From NCBI GenBank assembly GCA_028826165.1, contig JAPDFW010000124.1:97392-161391 (forward strand): a stretch of DNA of 64,000 nucleotides, read 5' to 3'. Both the position numbers and the translations under genes were made by a program. Under the pieces are notes generated by a model. The model saw nothing but the letters and a program-made list of their open reading frames with translations, ran no database searches and was not told the origin of the DNA. The DNA is from Anaeramoeba ignava BMAN. Its lineage: Eukaryota; Protista; Anaeramoebae. This document shows positions 38,098 through 49,880 of this stretch, one piece after another (position 1 is the stretch's first letter; every line of letters begins with the position of its first letter).

Positions 38098-41000
38098 TTA
38101 ATCATCAGAATTAGAATCAGAATTAGAATTAGAATTAGAATTAGAATTAGAATTTGAATTAGAATGTAAATCTGAATTTGAATCTAGATGTAAATCGGAA
38201 TCAGAATCTTGATTTTGATTTTGTTTTTGATTTTGTTTATCATTTTGTTTATCATTTTGATTTTGTTTATCATTTTGTTTATCATTTTGTTTATCATTTT
38301 GTTTATCATTTTGTTTATCATTTTGTTTATCATTTTGTTTTTCATTTTGTTTATCATTTTGTTTTTGATCTTGTTTTTGATTTTGTTTATCATTTTGTTT
38401 ATCATTTTGTTTATCATTTTGTTTATCATTTTGTTTATCATTTTGTTTATCATTTTGTTTATCATTTTGTTTATCATTTTGTTTATCATTTTGTTTTTGA
38501 TTTTGTTTATCATTTTGTTTTTGATTTTGTTTTTGATTTTGTTTATCATTTTGTTTATCATTTTGTTTTTGATTTTGTTTATCATTTTGTTTATCATTTT
38601 GTTTTTGATTTTGTTTTTGATTTTGTTTATCATTTTGTTTATCATTTTGTTTTTGATTTTGTTTATCATTTTGTTTATCATTTTGTTTTTGATTTTGTTT
38701 ATCATTTTGTTTATCATTTTGTTTTTGATTTTGTTTATCATTTTGTTTATCATTTTGTTTTTCATCTTGTTTATCATTTTGTTTTGTTTCAATTATTGGA
38801 GTGACTAAAAACAAAACTACATTTGAAAGATAAAAAACTGAAGCTTCATTTTTTGAAATATAAAATAAACTCCATAAATAAGTTGAAAACCATAAATCAA
38901 TTTGAGGTGTTCTTGGAAAAATATTCAAAGTAATTGTTGAAGGAATTGGAATTAATCCAAGTAATGTTGTGTTTTGTAAATATTCCATAACTTGAACATC
39001 AGAAAATCTTTTAATATTCCCATATTTTTCAATTAATTTCATTTGAATAACTCGTGTTAGATTTAAAATAGGATGAATTGCAATTCTTGAATGCCAATAT
39101 TCAAACCATTCTTTAGTTGGTTTAAAAGTTGCCTTTTTTTTATTTTTATTTGAATTTTAATTTTAATTTTATTTTTATTTTTAATTTTTATTTTTAATTT
39201 TATTTTTATTTTTAATTTTATTTTTAATTTTAATTTTATTTTTATTTTAATTTTAATTTTAATTTTAATTTTAATTTTAATTTTAATTTTATTTTTATTT
39301 TTAATTTTAATTAAATTGAATTTTAATTTTAATTTTAATTAAATTGAATTTTTTACATTTTCTGGAACAAATTTTTTAAATCTTTCATATGTAAGCTTTC
39401 CTAATTTAACAAACATTGTTTTTCGTTTTAAAACCTCAAAAACAAAGTTCATATTTCCTTTTAAATTTAATCATCAAAAAAAAAAAATAAATAAAATAAA
39501 ATGAAATTTTTTGAATTTTCTTTGATAAAAATACCTTTAAATTGATAATGAATTAAATTGTTCAAAATTCTAAATAAATTCCAAAGTGAAATATAATTTT
39601 TTTCATCAAGACATAAATATCTAAAAATAAATAAAAATTAAATTAATATTTAAAATTGAAATTTGAAATTTGAATTTTAATTTCAATTTAAATTTAAATT
39701 TTGTACTTGGGATTCATAAAATATTTCACAAGATCACATAATTTCTTAGAAGATTCTGTTGATATGGAATAAATAAAAGGTGATGAATTAACAAGAACAT
39801 GAAGTATCTTCTCATGAACAAATTGAGATGAAGACGAAAAAGAAGCAGAAATAATCACATAGTAAAAAATAATAATCATCAAATCTCCATAATTTCCTGA
39901 CAGAGAAGTATTCATAATTTCAATCTTCTTTTCCATTTTTCGATTTAATAAATTCCCAAAATCTCGATTCTCACTTAAAGAAACAAGAACAAATAAACAA
40001 GCAAATAAAACTCCATTTTTATGATTATCACTAAATATTCAATCAAATCAAATCAAAATAAATTAAATCAAATTAAAATATTTTTCTATCATTAATTTTT
40101 TGTTTTTTGAAATTCATTAATAAATCCATAAATACCGATTTTGAGCAATTGAATCTAATATTGAAACTAATATTTTCGTTAATGATTCACTTGAAAGCAA
40201 ATAATTTTTAAATTTCAAATTTTCTTGTATTAATTTCCATAATAATGCCATTGATTCTGAAAAACATTCAACATTTTGATAGGAATTTGGTAGAATTGAA
40301 TTTGTTACATCCATTGGGTTATTGATTAAAATTGAAAGTCCTGTGAAAATGAATTCAAATTCTTTTTGTGAAGAAAATGATTGAAGGAATTGAATAAAAA
40401 TATTGTTTTGAAAAGGAACATTTTGATTTTTATCAAGATTTTGAATTTCATTTTGATTTTCATTATTTTTTTCATTTTGATTTTGATTTTCATTTTGATT
40501 TTGATTTTGATTTTCATTTTGATTTTGATTTTCATTTTGATTTTGATTTTCATTTTGATTTTGATTTTCATTTTGATTTTGATTTTGATTTTCATTTTCA
40601 TTTTGATTTTCATTATTTTTTTCATTTTGATTTTGATTTTCATTATTTTTTTCATTTTCATTTTGATTTTCATTATTTTTTTCATTTTGATTTTGATTTT
40701 CATTTTGATTTTCATTTTCATTTTGATTTTGATTTTGATTTTGATTTCGGAATTGATAATATAATTTATGGTAATCCAATGCTGCTAATAAAACCTTTTA
40801 ATTTTAAATTCAATTTTAATTTTAAATTCAATTTTAATTTTAAATTCAATTTTAATTTTAAATTCAATTTTAATTTTAATTTTAAATTCAATTTTGAATT
40901 CAAATTCATTTTTAAATTCAAATTTAATTTTATTTTAATTATTGATTTTTACATGAAAAGATTGCTTTGTTAAACCTTGTTTTGTATCAGTAAATACTGA

Positions 41001-43068
41001 AGATGCATAAGGTATTCCTTTCCAAAAATATGGATTATATGATAAAACAATATTAATTAAAGAAAATACTAATAATTTCTTATATAATCCATTGTGTTCA
41101 ACCAAAATATATTCCAACCATTTGTTTTGAAAAAGATAATAATTTTCTATCAGAAATAAAAATATATTAATTTTAATTTTAATTTTCAAAATGAATTTTA
41201 ATTTTATAAATCAATTTTATAAATCAATTTTAATTTTAATTTTAATTTTAATTTTAAATTTTAATTTTATAAATCAATTTTATAAATCAATTTTAATTTT
41301 AATTTTAATTTTAATTTTAATTTAATTTTAATTTTAATTTTAAATTTATAAATCAATTTTAATTTTAATTTGAAATTACTTTGATCAACATAAAGTGTTT
41401 CTGAAAAACATGATAATAAACATTTCAAAAGTTCTGTTAATCTTAAATTAATTTGAGAAGAAGTTCCTTTAAAATTTGTATCAATTTTATACATAAATTT
41501 CGATTTTAACTTTTTTTGAGGTTTTTCAATATTATCTTGATTAACTGTTTTTTGAGTTTTTGGAAAAACTGGAATAATTCCATGTTCCCAAATTAATTCT
41601 TGAAATGCTTTTTGTAATTTTCTATCTGTTTGAATTTTCTTTTTTGGTGAATCATGGTTTTGAATAAAATAATCATAATATATTTTTGTTGATATATCCA
41701 AAGTGAAATCTGGAAGAAACATTAATTGAAGTAATAAATCGATTAAATGATATGCAAGAGGTTTAGTTTTATCTCTTGGAGGAAGAGTTTGATTTTTTTC
41801 TTTTTCATTTTCATTATCATTTAATTTTTCTTTTTCTTTTTCTTTTTCATTTTCATTTTCATTTTCATTTTCATTTTCATTTTCAATTTCTTTTTCAATT
41901 TCTTTTTCATTTAAATTTAATTTTTCAATTTCACTTTCATTTTCATTTTCATTTTCATTTTCATTTAAATTTTCATTTAAATTTTCTTCAATTTTCCAAA
42001 ATATTTCATCTACTAATCTTTTCCCATTTAGATTTGGTTTCTGTTCAAATAAAAATGGCATAATTCTTGTAATTACGCGAAGTACATTTCTTAAAATACT
42101 TTCATTTTCTCCAGTATAAGTTCCATCTCTTTTATAAAAAAATAGAAAACGCTCAATTTTTGTTATTGACTTTTTTTTTTTAAAATTAAAATTAAAATTA
42201 AAATTAAAATTAAAATTATAATTAAAATTAAAATTAAAATTCATTTATAATATTAAAATTAAAATTAAAATTCATTTATAAATTTAAAATTAAAATTAAA
42301 ATTCATTTATAAATTTAAATTTAAAATTAAAATTCATTTATAAATTTAAAATTAAAATTAAAATTCATTTATAAATTTAAAATTAAAATTAAAATTGAAA
42401 TTAAAATAGAAATTAAAATTAAAATTGAAATTAAAATTAAAATTAAAATTAAAATTGAAAATTAAAATTTAAAATTAAAATTAAAATTAAAATTCATTTA
42501 TAAATTTAAAATTAAAATTAAAATTATTAAAATTAAAATTAAAATTAAAATTAAAATTCATTTATAATATTAATTTAAAATTAATATTAAAATTAAAATT
42601 AATAATTAAAATTAAAATCAAAATTAAAATTAAAATTAAAATTAAAATTCATTTATAATATTAATATTAAAATTGAAATTAAAATTAAAATTAAAATTAA
42701 AATTAAAATTAAAATTAAAATTGAAATTAAAATTAAAATTAAAATTGAAATTAAAATTGAAATTAAAATTGAAATTAAAATTAAAATTAAAATTAAAATT
42801 AAAATTAAAATTCATTTATAATATTAAAATCCATTTATAAAAATATTAAAATGAAACCAACAATATTAATAATTGAAACTATATTTATTGGTTGTAAATC
42901 TCGAATTTTTCGTATATCTTGTGGTGTTAATAAAGAATAAACATCATTTTCTGTTGTTGGAGATCTGAAAAAAGTATTCCAAAACTCAATATTTGATTCT
43001 GGAATTTCTTTTTCAAATAAAATAAAAACTGACTTTCGAAAAACTTGTTTTGATTGATTTCCACCCAT
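38098..43068 (-). CDS. HID1: HID1 (HID-1/Ecm30, Dymeclin family) Golgi protein, 8 exons, with a (KQND)n C-terminal tail
   Basis: N-myristoylation-type start MGGNQSKQVFRKSV...FWNTFF...DVYSLLTPQDIRKIRD. Conserved blocks SLINIVLSYNP..KGIPY, LSENRDFGNLLN, NNLIHYQFK|GNMNFVFEVLKRK, FKPTKEWFEYW, YLQNTTLLGLIPIP. Exons 43068-42862, 42169-41380, 41146-40953, 40794-40136, 40030-39707, 39620-39535, 39457-39357, 39132-38098 all join in frame. Confidence 0.9.
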
Positions 43069-43224
43069 TTTTATTATTAGAAAAAAAGAAAAAAAAGAAA
43101 AAAATGGTAAAAAAAAAATGAAAAAAAAAATTTAAAAAAAAAAAAAGAAAAAAAATTTTTGTTTTTAAATTTAATTAAAAAAAAATATTTTTGAATTGAA
43201 TTTAAATTGAATTTAAAACTGCTT

Positions 43225-43614
43225 CTATTTTTGTTCATTTGTATTTAATTCGTTTGAATTTTTTGCTAATTGAGTTTGAATTTTCTTTTTACTTCTTTTT
43301 TTTCTTGGTTTTTTATTTTTGTTTTTAATTTTCTTTTTAAGAGAACTCATATTTTCTTTAATAAGACCAGCATAAGAAATTTGGAAACTAACAATATCTC
43401 TTTGATGAATATGAGTTGATATTTTTTTTTCACCATCAGTTGCTCTTATTAAACAAAAATATTCATGCGTTTCGTTTTTTTTGTTTTCGTTTTTTTTCTT
43501 ATGTGGCGCTACTCCATTCGTTCGTTTAAATGTTATAAATACACTTCCTTTCTTTTGATTTTTTTGAAATAATATTGCTAATTGTCGAAGAAATTCTTGA
43601 TATTTTAAAAGCAT
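43225..43614 (-). CDS. SRP14: Signal recognition particle 14 kDa subunit
   Basis: EFLRQLAILFQK...GSVFITFKR...CLIRATDGEKKISTHI...FQISYAGLIKENMSSLKKK is the SRP14 signature, followed by a basic tail. Confidence 0.93.
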   Translation of the reverse strand: MLLKYQEFLRQLAILFQKNQKKGSVFITFKRTNGVAPHKKKNENKKNETHEYFCLIRATDGEKKISTHIHQRDIVSFQISYAGLIKENMSSLKKKIKNKNKKPRKKRSKKKIQTQLAKNSNELNTNEQK

Positions 43615-43654
43615 TTTACAAAATGAAAAAAATGAAAAAAATAAAATTCAAAAA

Positions 43655-44535
43655 TTAAAAAAATTAAAAAATTTAAATTAAGAATAATCAATAATTAGAT
43701 TTGAAATTAATTTTACTTTATATTTTATTAATATTTATTTATTTAAAATAATATAAAGTTATTCTTAAAAATTAAATAAAATTAATAAAATATTTTAATT
43801 AATTTATTTCAAAATTTAAATCAAAAATAATCAATAATTAGTTTTGAAATTAATTTTATTTTATATATTTTATTAATATTTCTTTATTTAAAATAATATA
43901 AAACTTAATTTAAAAATTAAATAAAATTAATAAAATATTTTAATTAATTTATTTCAAAATTTAAATTAAGAATAATCAATAATTAGATTTGAAATTAATT
44001 TTATTTTATATATTTTATTAATATTTCTTTATTTAAAATAATATAAAGTTATTCCCAAAAATAAAATAAAATTAATAAAATATTTTAATTAATTTATTTC
44101 AAAATTTAAATCAAGAATAATCAATAATTAGATTTGAAATTAATTTTATTTTATATATTTTATTAATATTTCTTTATTTAAAATAATATAAAACTTAATT
44201 TAAAAATTAAATAAAATTAATAAAATATTTTAATTAATTTATTTCAAAATTTAAATCAAGAATAATCAATAATTAGATTTGAAATTAATTTTATTTTATA
44301 TATTTTATTAATATTTATTTATTTAAAACAATATAAAGTTATTCTTAAAAATTAAATAAAATTAATAAAATATTTTAATTAATTTATTTCAAAATTTAAA
44401 TCAAGAATAATCAATAATTAGTTTTGAAATTAATTTTATTTTATATATTTTATTAATATTTCTTTATTTAAAATAATATAAAGTTATTCTTAAAAATTAA
44501 ATAAAATTAATAAAATATTTTAATTAAAAAAATTT
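43655..44535. repeat. 143-145-bp tandem array C, block 1 (6 copies) upstream of SRP14
   Basis: The anchor TCAATAATTAG occurs at 43688, 43831, 43976, 44121, 44266 and 44411. Confidence 0.93.
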
Positions 44536-44545
44536 TTTGGAGATT

Positions 44546-46147
44546 TTAAATAAAATAAGTCTCAAGTTCATCAACAACCCAGGAATTATAAGAACCAGAT
44601 AAATAACTTCTGGATTCAGTTGTTCCATAATAAATTCCATTCGGGAGACAAAATGTAATACCAAAATTTGAATATCCGGATTGTAAACTAGAATCCAAAA
44701 AAAAATCACAATTCAAAAAGCCTTTCTTGCCGCCAAAATAGGGACCATATTTCGACAAACGATAATATATTGCATATTTTTCTTGATCTTGCTGGATTCT
44801 AAATTTTTCTGGCTTTCTATCTCCTTTATCATTTCTTAATGAGAAAATAAATGCATTTTGATCTTGAATGAAATCATAATCTTGATTTTCATAAATTCCA
44901 CTCCATTTTGATTTATCATTTGTCCATCCAACTTGAGTAAAACCTCCAAAAATAAAATTATCTTCTGTTTTGATAATAACTAATGTTTTTCCTTTCCCAT
45001 CAACTGCTTTATGCCAATTTTGAGAAGAAAATCCATCTCTTTTTGCTGAAAATCCTTTTTTCATTTTAGAAAAAAAATCATTATCATTTATCCATTCTTG
45101 TAATTTCTTAACATATTCAATATCTTTAATAATTTCTGAGTCTGCAAAAATCTTTTGTAATTGTTCAAATTCTTTTCGAAAAAGATGAAAAGTTGGTTTC
45201 ATTTTAGCAACTTTTTTCTTCCATTTCTCTTTTATTTCCTTTTTCATTTTTTGATTTTCCTTCTCTTTGTTTTCAATTTTCTTATCTTTTTTTTTATCTT
45301 GAATTTCAAAAATAGTTCTTTCAAAAGGAATTAAAAAAGAATTTGGAAGAAAAATATCAAATTGTTTTAATTTATCAAAATCTTGTTTTGAAATTGAATC
45401 TTTATCAAATAATGAAAAAAAAGAATGAAATAATCTTTTCTTTGCATTCATTTTGTGTTTATATTTCTTTAATTTTAATGATTTAACTCTTTTTTTAATC
45501 CAATTATTTAAAAATTGAAAAAAATCAAATTGAAAAATTTCTTTTTTTTCTTGTTTAAATTGAATAAATTTGATAATTTCTTCTTTAGTTAAATTGAATA
45601 AATTCTCATTATTTTGAATTTGGGAAAAATTTTGATTTATTAATTCAAAACATTTTATTTCAATTTCATTTGAATTTAAATTTCGATTTTGGAATAAAAA
45701 TTGGAAAAAATTTGAATAATTAATTGAATTTAAAATTTTTTTTTGAATAATTTCTTTCAATAAATTTAATTTAAAATAAATTGAAATTTCTAATAATTGA
45801 ATAAGATTTTCTTGATTCTCAAAAGAAATATTTCCATAATAAATATAACTCAAAATTGATTCCATTTCTTTTTTATTAAATTGATTTAAAGAAATAGAAA
45901 GAGATTCTTGCCTTAATGATTCATTAAAAAAAGGAGATCTTGAAGATAAAATTGATTTATGAACTTTAATTTCAAAAGGATTTGATTTATTCTCAACAAA
46001 AATTGAAAAATCTTTAAATGAATTTCCATTTAAAAGGTTTGAATAATCTTTAATTAAATTTTTTGTTACTTTTTTTTCTAAATTTTTCATTTCATTTTCA
46101 TTTTGATTTTGATTTGCATTTTCAATTTGGTTATTATTATTATCCAT
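44546..46147 (-). CDS. BTB/POZ-(BACK-like)-coiled coil-TLDc protein, intronless, 533 aa
   Basis: BTB: FKDFSIFV...IKVHKSILSSRSPFF...ILSYIYYG. TLDc: RDGFSSQNWHKAVDGKGKTLVIIKT, IFGGFT, AFIFSL, GPYFG, VDELETY. Confidence 0.9.
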   Translation of the reverse strand: MDNNNNQIENANQNQNENEMKNLEKKVTKNLIKDYSNLLNGNSFKDFSIFVENKSNPFEIKVHKSILSSRSPFFNESLRQESLSISLNQFNKKEMESILSYIYYGNISFENQENLIQLLEISIYFKLNLLKEIIQKKILNSINYSNFFQFLFQNRNLNSNEIEIKCFELINQNFSQIQNNENLFNLTKEEIIKFIQFKQEKKEIFQFDFFQFLNNWIKKRVKSLKLKKYKHKMNAKKRLFHSFFSLFDKDSISKQDFDKLKQFDIFLPNSFLIPFERTIFEIQDKKKDKKIENKEKENQKMKKEIKEKWKKKVAKMKPTFHLFRKEFEQLQKIFADSEIIKDIEYVKKLQEWINDNDFFSKMKKGFSAKRDGFSSQNWHKAVDGKGKTLVIIKTEDNFIFGGFTQVGWTNDKSKWSGIYENQDYDFIQDQNAFIFSLRNDKGDRKPEKFRIQQDQEKYAIYYRLSKYGPYFGGKKGFLNCDFFLDSSLQSGYSNFGITFCLPNGIYYGTTESRSYLSGSYNSWVVDELETYFI

Positions 46148-46231
46148 TTTGTTTTGTGTTTTTTGGTTTTGTGTTTTTGTTTTTTGTTTTGTTAAAAAAA
46201 ATGAAAAAAATAAAGGAAAAAAAAATGAATA

Positions 46232-46675
46232 AAAAAATTAAAAAATTTAAATTAAGAATAATCAATAATTAGTTTTGAAATTAATTTTATTTTATATATT
46301 TTATTAATATTTATTTATTTAAAATAATATAAAACTTAATTTAAAAATAAAATAAAATTAATAAAATATTTTAATTAATTTATTTCAAAATTTAAATTAA
46401 GAATAATCAATAATTAGATTTGAAATTAATTTATTTTTTATATTTTATTAATATTTATTTATTTAAAATAATATAAAGTTATTCCCAAAAATTAAATAAA
46501 ATAAATAAAATATTTTAATTAATTTATTTCAAAATTTAAATCAAGAATAATCAATAATTAGTTTTGAAATTAATTTTATTTTATATATTTTATTAATATT
46601 TATTTATTTAAAATAATATAAAGTTATTCCCAAAAATAAAATAAAATTAATAAAATATTTTAAATTAAAAAATTT
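46232..46675. repeat. 144-145-bp tandem array C, block 2 (3 copies) between the divergent BTB-TLDc and YgeW starts
   Basis: The anchor TCAATAATTAG occurs at 46262, 46407 and 46551. Same sequence and orientation as 43655-44535. Confidence 0.93.
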
Positions 46676-46715
46676 TTTTTTGTTTTTTTTTTTCATTTTT
46701 TTTCCAACAAAGAAA

Positions 46716-49700
46716 ATGACTGAAAAAGATAAATTTATTGAAAAAGCAAAAGAGAATATTGAAAAATTAAAACAATTAAAAACAGAAATTCATGGAACTG
46801 ATTTTTTAAGAACATGGGATCATACAAAAAATGATTTAGAAGCAGTAGTTTATGTAGCACAAGCACTTGAGAATATGATTAAAGCAAACATTTCATGCCA
46901 AGTTTTTAAGGGAGGTTTAGCAATTAGCAATTTCCGTAAATTAAAATTTTCTAATTGAAATTTTTTAATTGAATCTTTTAATTGAAATTTTTTAATTGAA
47001 TTTTCTAATTGAATTTTTTAATTAGGTGATCAAAGTACAAGAACAAGATTCTCTTATTCAAGTGCTGCTAATTTAGTTGGTCTCGCAAATAGTGAAATTG
47101 ATGAATCAAAATCTCAAGTTGCTCATGGTGTAATTAATCTTAATAAATTTTGTTTTTGAATTTTAAAATTGTTTTTTGTTTTGTTTTTGTTTTTGTTTTT
47201 GTTTTTAGGAAACTGTTAGAGAAACTGCAAATATGATTTCTTTTTTTGCTGAATTTTATGGAATTAGAGATGATATATTTCTTGTAAGAAAAATCATCAA
47301 TAAAATTTAAATTCAAAATATAATTTAAATCCAAAAATATAAATTAAATCAAAATATAATTTAAATTCAAAATATAATTTAAATCCAAAAATATAATTTA
47401 AATCAAAAATATAATTTAAATTCAAAAATATAATTTAAATTCAAAAATATAATTTAAATCAAAAATATAATTTAAATTCAAAAATATAATTTAAATCCAA
47501 AATATAATTTAAATCAAAAATATAATTTAAATTCAAAAATATAATTTAAATCCAAAAATATAATTTAAATCCAAAAATATAATTTAAATCAAAAATATAA
47601 TTTAAATCAAAAATATAATTTAAATCCAAAATATAATTTTTAAATCAAAATATAATTTAAATCCAAAAATATAATTTAAATCCAAAATATAATTAAATCA
47701 AAACACAATTTAAATCCAAAATATAATTTAATTCAAATTTAAAGGGAGAAGGACACAAATTCCAAAAAGAAGTTTCTGATGCTGTTGCTGATGGATTTAA
47801 ACAAGGAGTTCTTAATTCAAAACCACCAATTATTAATTTACAATGTGATGAAGATCATCCAACTCAATCTTTATCAGATTTAATTCATATTGCTCAATAT
47901 TTTGGAGGTTTAGAGAATTTAAAAGGAAAAAAGATTGCAATGACATGGGTAAATTATAATTTCTAAATCAAAAATATAATTTCAAATCAAAAATATTTAA
48001 ATCAAAAATATAATTTAAATCAAAATATAATTTAAATCAAAATATAATTTAAATCAAAATATAATTTAAATCCAAAATAATAAATTAAATCAAAATATAA
48101 ATTAAATCCAAAATATAAATTTAAATCCAAACATAATTTAATTCAAAATATAATTTAAATCCAAAAATATAAATTAAATCAAAAATATAATTTAAATCAA
48201 AAATACAATTTAAAACAAAAATATAATTTAAATCCAAAATATAATTTAAATCCAAAAATATAAATTAAATCAAAATCTAATTTAAATTAAAAATATAATT
48301 TAAATTAAAAATATAATTTAAATCCAAAATATAATTTAAATCCAAAATATAATTTAAATCCAAAAATATAATTTAAATCAAAAATATAAATTAAATCAAA
48401 ATATAATTTAATTCAAAAATATAATTCAAATCAAAAATATAATTTAAATCAAAAATATAATTTAATTCAAAATCAAAAAAGGCATTTTCTCCATCATATG
48501 GAAAACCTTTATCTGTTCCTCAAGCTATAATTGCACTTATGACAAGATTTGGAATGGATGTTAGATTAGCTCATCCTGAAGGATATGATTTAATTCCAGA
48601 AATTGTTGATTTAGCAAAAAAAAATGCAGAAGAAAATGGAGGAAAATTTACACAATTTAATAACATGGAAGATGCATTTAAAGATGCTGATATTGTTTAT
48701 CCAAAAGTAAATTAAATATTAAATAATAAATAATATTAAATAATAAATATTAATTAATAAATAAATTAAATATTAAATATTAAATAATAAATAAATTAAA
48801 TATTAAATATTAAATAATAAATAAATTAAATATTAAATATTAAATATTAAATATTAAATATTAAATAAATTAAATATTAAATATTAAATAAATTAAATAT
48901 TAAATATTAAATATTAAATATTAATATTAAATAATAAATAAATTAAATATTAAATATTAAATAATAAATAAATTAAATATTAAATATTAAATATTAAATA
49001 TTAAATATTAAATAAATTAAATATTAAATATTAAATATTAAATATTATTTATAAATATTATTTAGTCTTGGGCTCCTTTTGTTGTTATGCAAGAGAGAAC
49101 TAAATTATTAAAACAAGGAAATGCTGTTGCTGATCAATTAAAACAACTTGAAAAAAAATGTATCGAAAAGAACAAAGAATTTATTGTAAATAATAATTTT
49201 ATATTTTTCTTTTAAATTTTAAATTAAACAAAAACAAATACTTAATCCAAAAATTAATTAAAATTTCTTTTATTTTTTTTAGAATTGGTAAAAAAATATT
49301 TTTTAATCAAATCAAATTAAATCAAAATTTATATTCTATTTAAAAAAATATTTTTTAAGGGAATGTGATGAAGAGAAAATGAAATTAACTAAAGATGGAA
49401 AAGCTCTTTATATGCATTGTTTACCTGGTAATTTAAAAATTGAATAATAATAAATACAAATAATTTATTTTAATAAAAATCAATTTAAAAATCAATTTAA
49501 ATTTTTAAGCTGATATTACTGGAGTAAGTTGTGAACATGGCGAAGTTTCTGCACAAGTTTTTGACAAATATAGAATTGACACTTATAAAGAAGCGGGTAA
49601 ATAAAAATAAAAATTAAAATAAAAATAAAAATAAAAATAAAAATTAAAATTAAAATTAAAATTAAAATTAAAATTAAAATTAAAATTAACATACAATTAA

Positions 49701-49880
49701 AATCTAAAATTAAAATTAAAATTCAAATTAAATTAAAATTAAAATTAAAATTAATAAATAAATAAAGGTCATAAAATGTATGTGATTTCTGCAATGATGT
49801 TATTGACTAAATTTAAAGATGTTCCTGAATTACTTACTCAATTAATTAAAGAAAATACACCAAGAAAAAAAGCAGATTAA
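46716..49880 (+). CDS. ygeW: YgeW-type (knotted) carbamoyltransferase, ATCase/OTCase superfamily, 406 aa, 10 exons
   Basis: Exons 46716-46935, 47026-47129, 47209-47283, 47745-47948, 48482-48706, 49066-49185, 49283-49287, 49360-49427, 49510-49596 and 49768-49880 total 1221 nt, all GT-AG. The protein has [74 protein letters not shown] and [15 protein letters not shown], which I recognise as YgeW blocks. Confidence 0.92.
47300..48480. repeat. ~20-bp intronic minisatellite (AAAATATAATTTAAATCC)n in YgeW introns 3 and 4
   Basis: Visible on both sides of exon 47745-47948. Confidence 0.9.
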
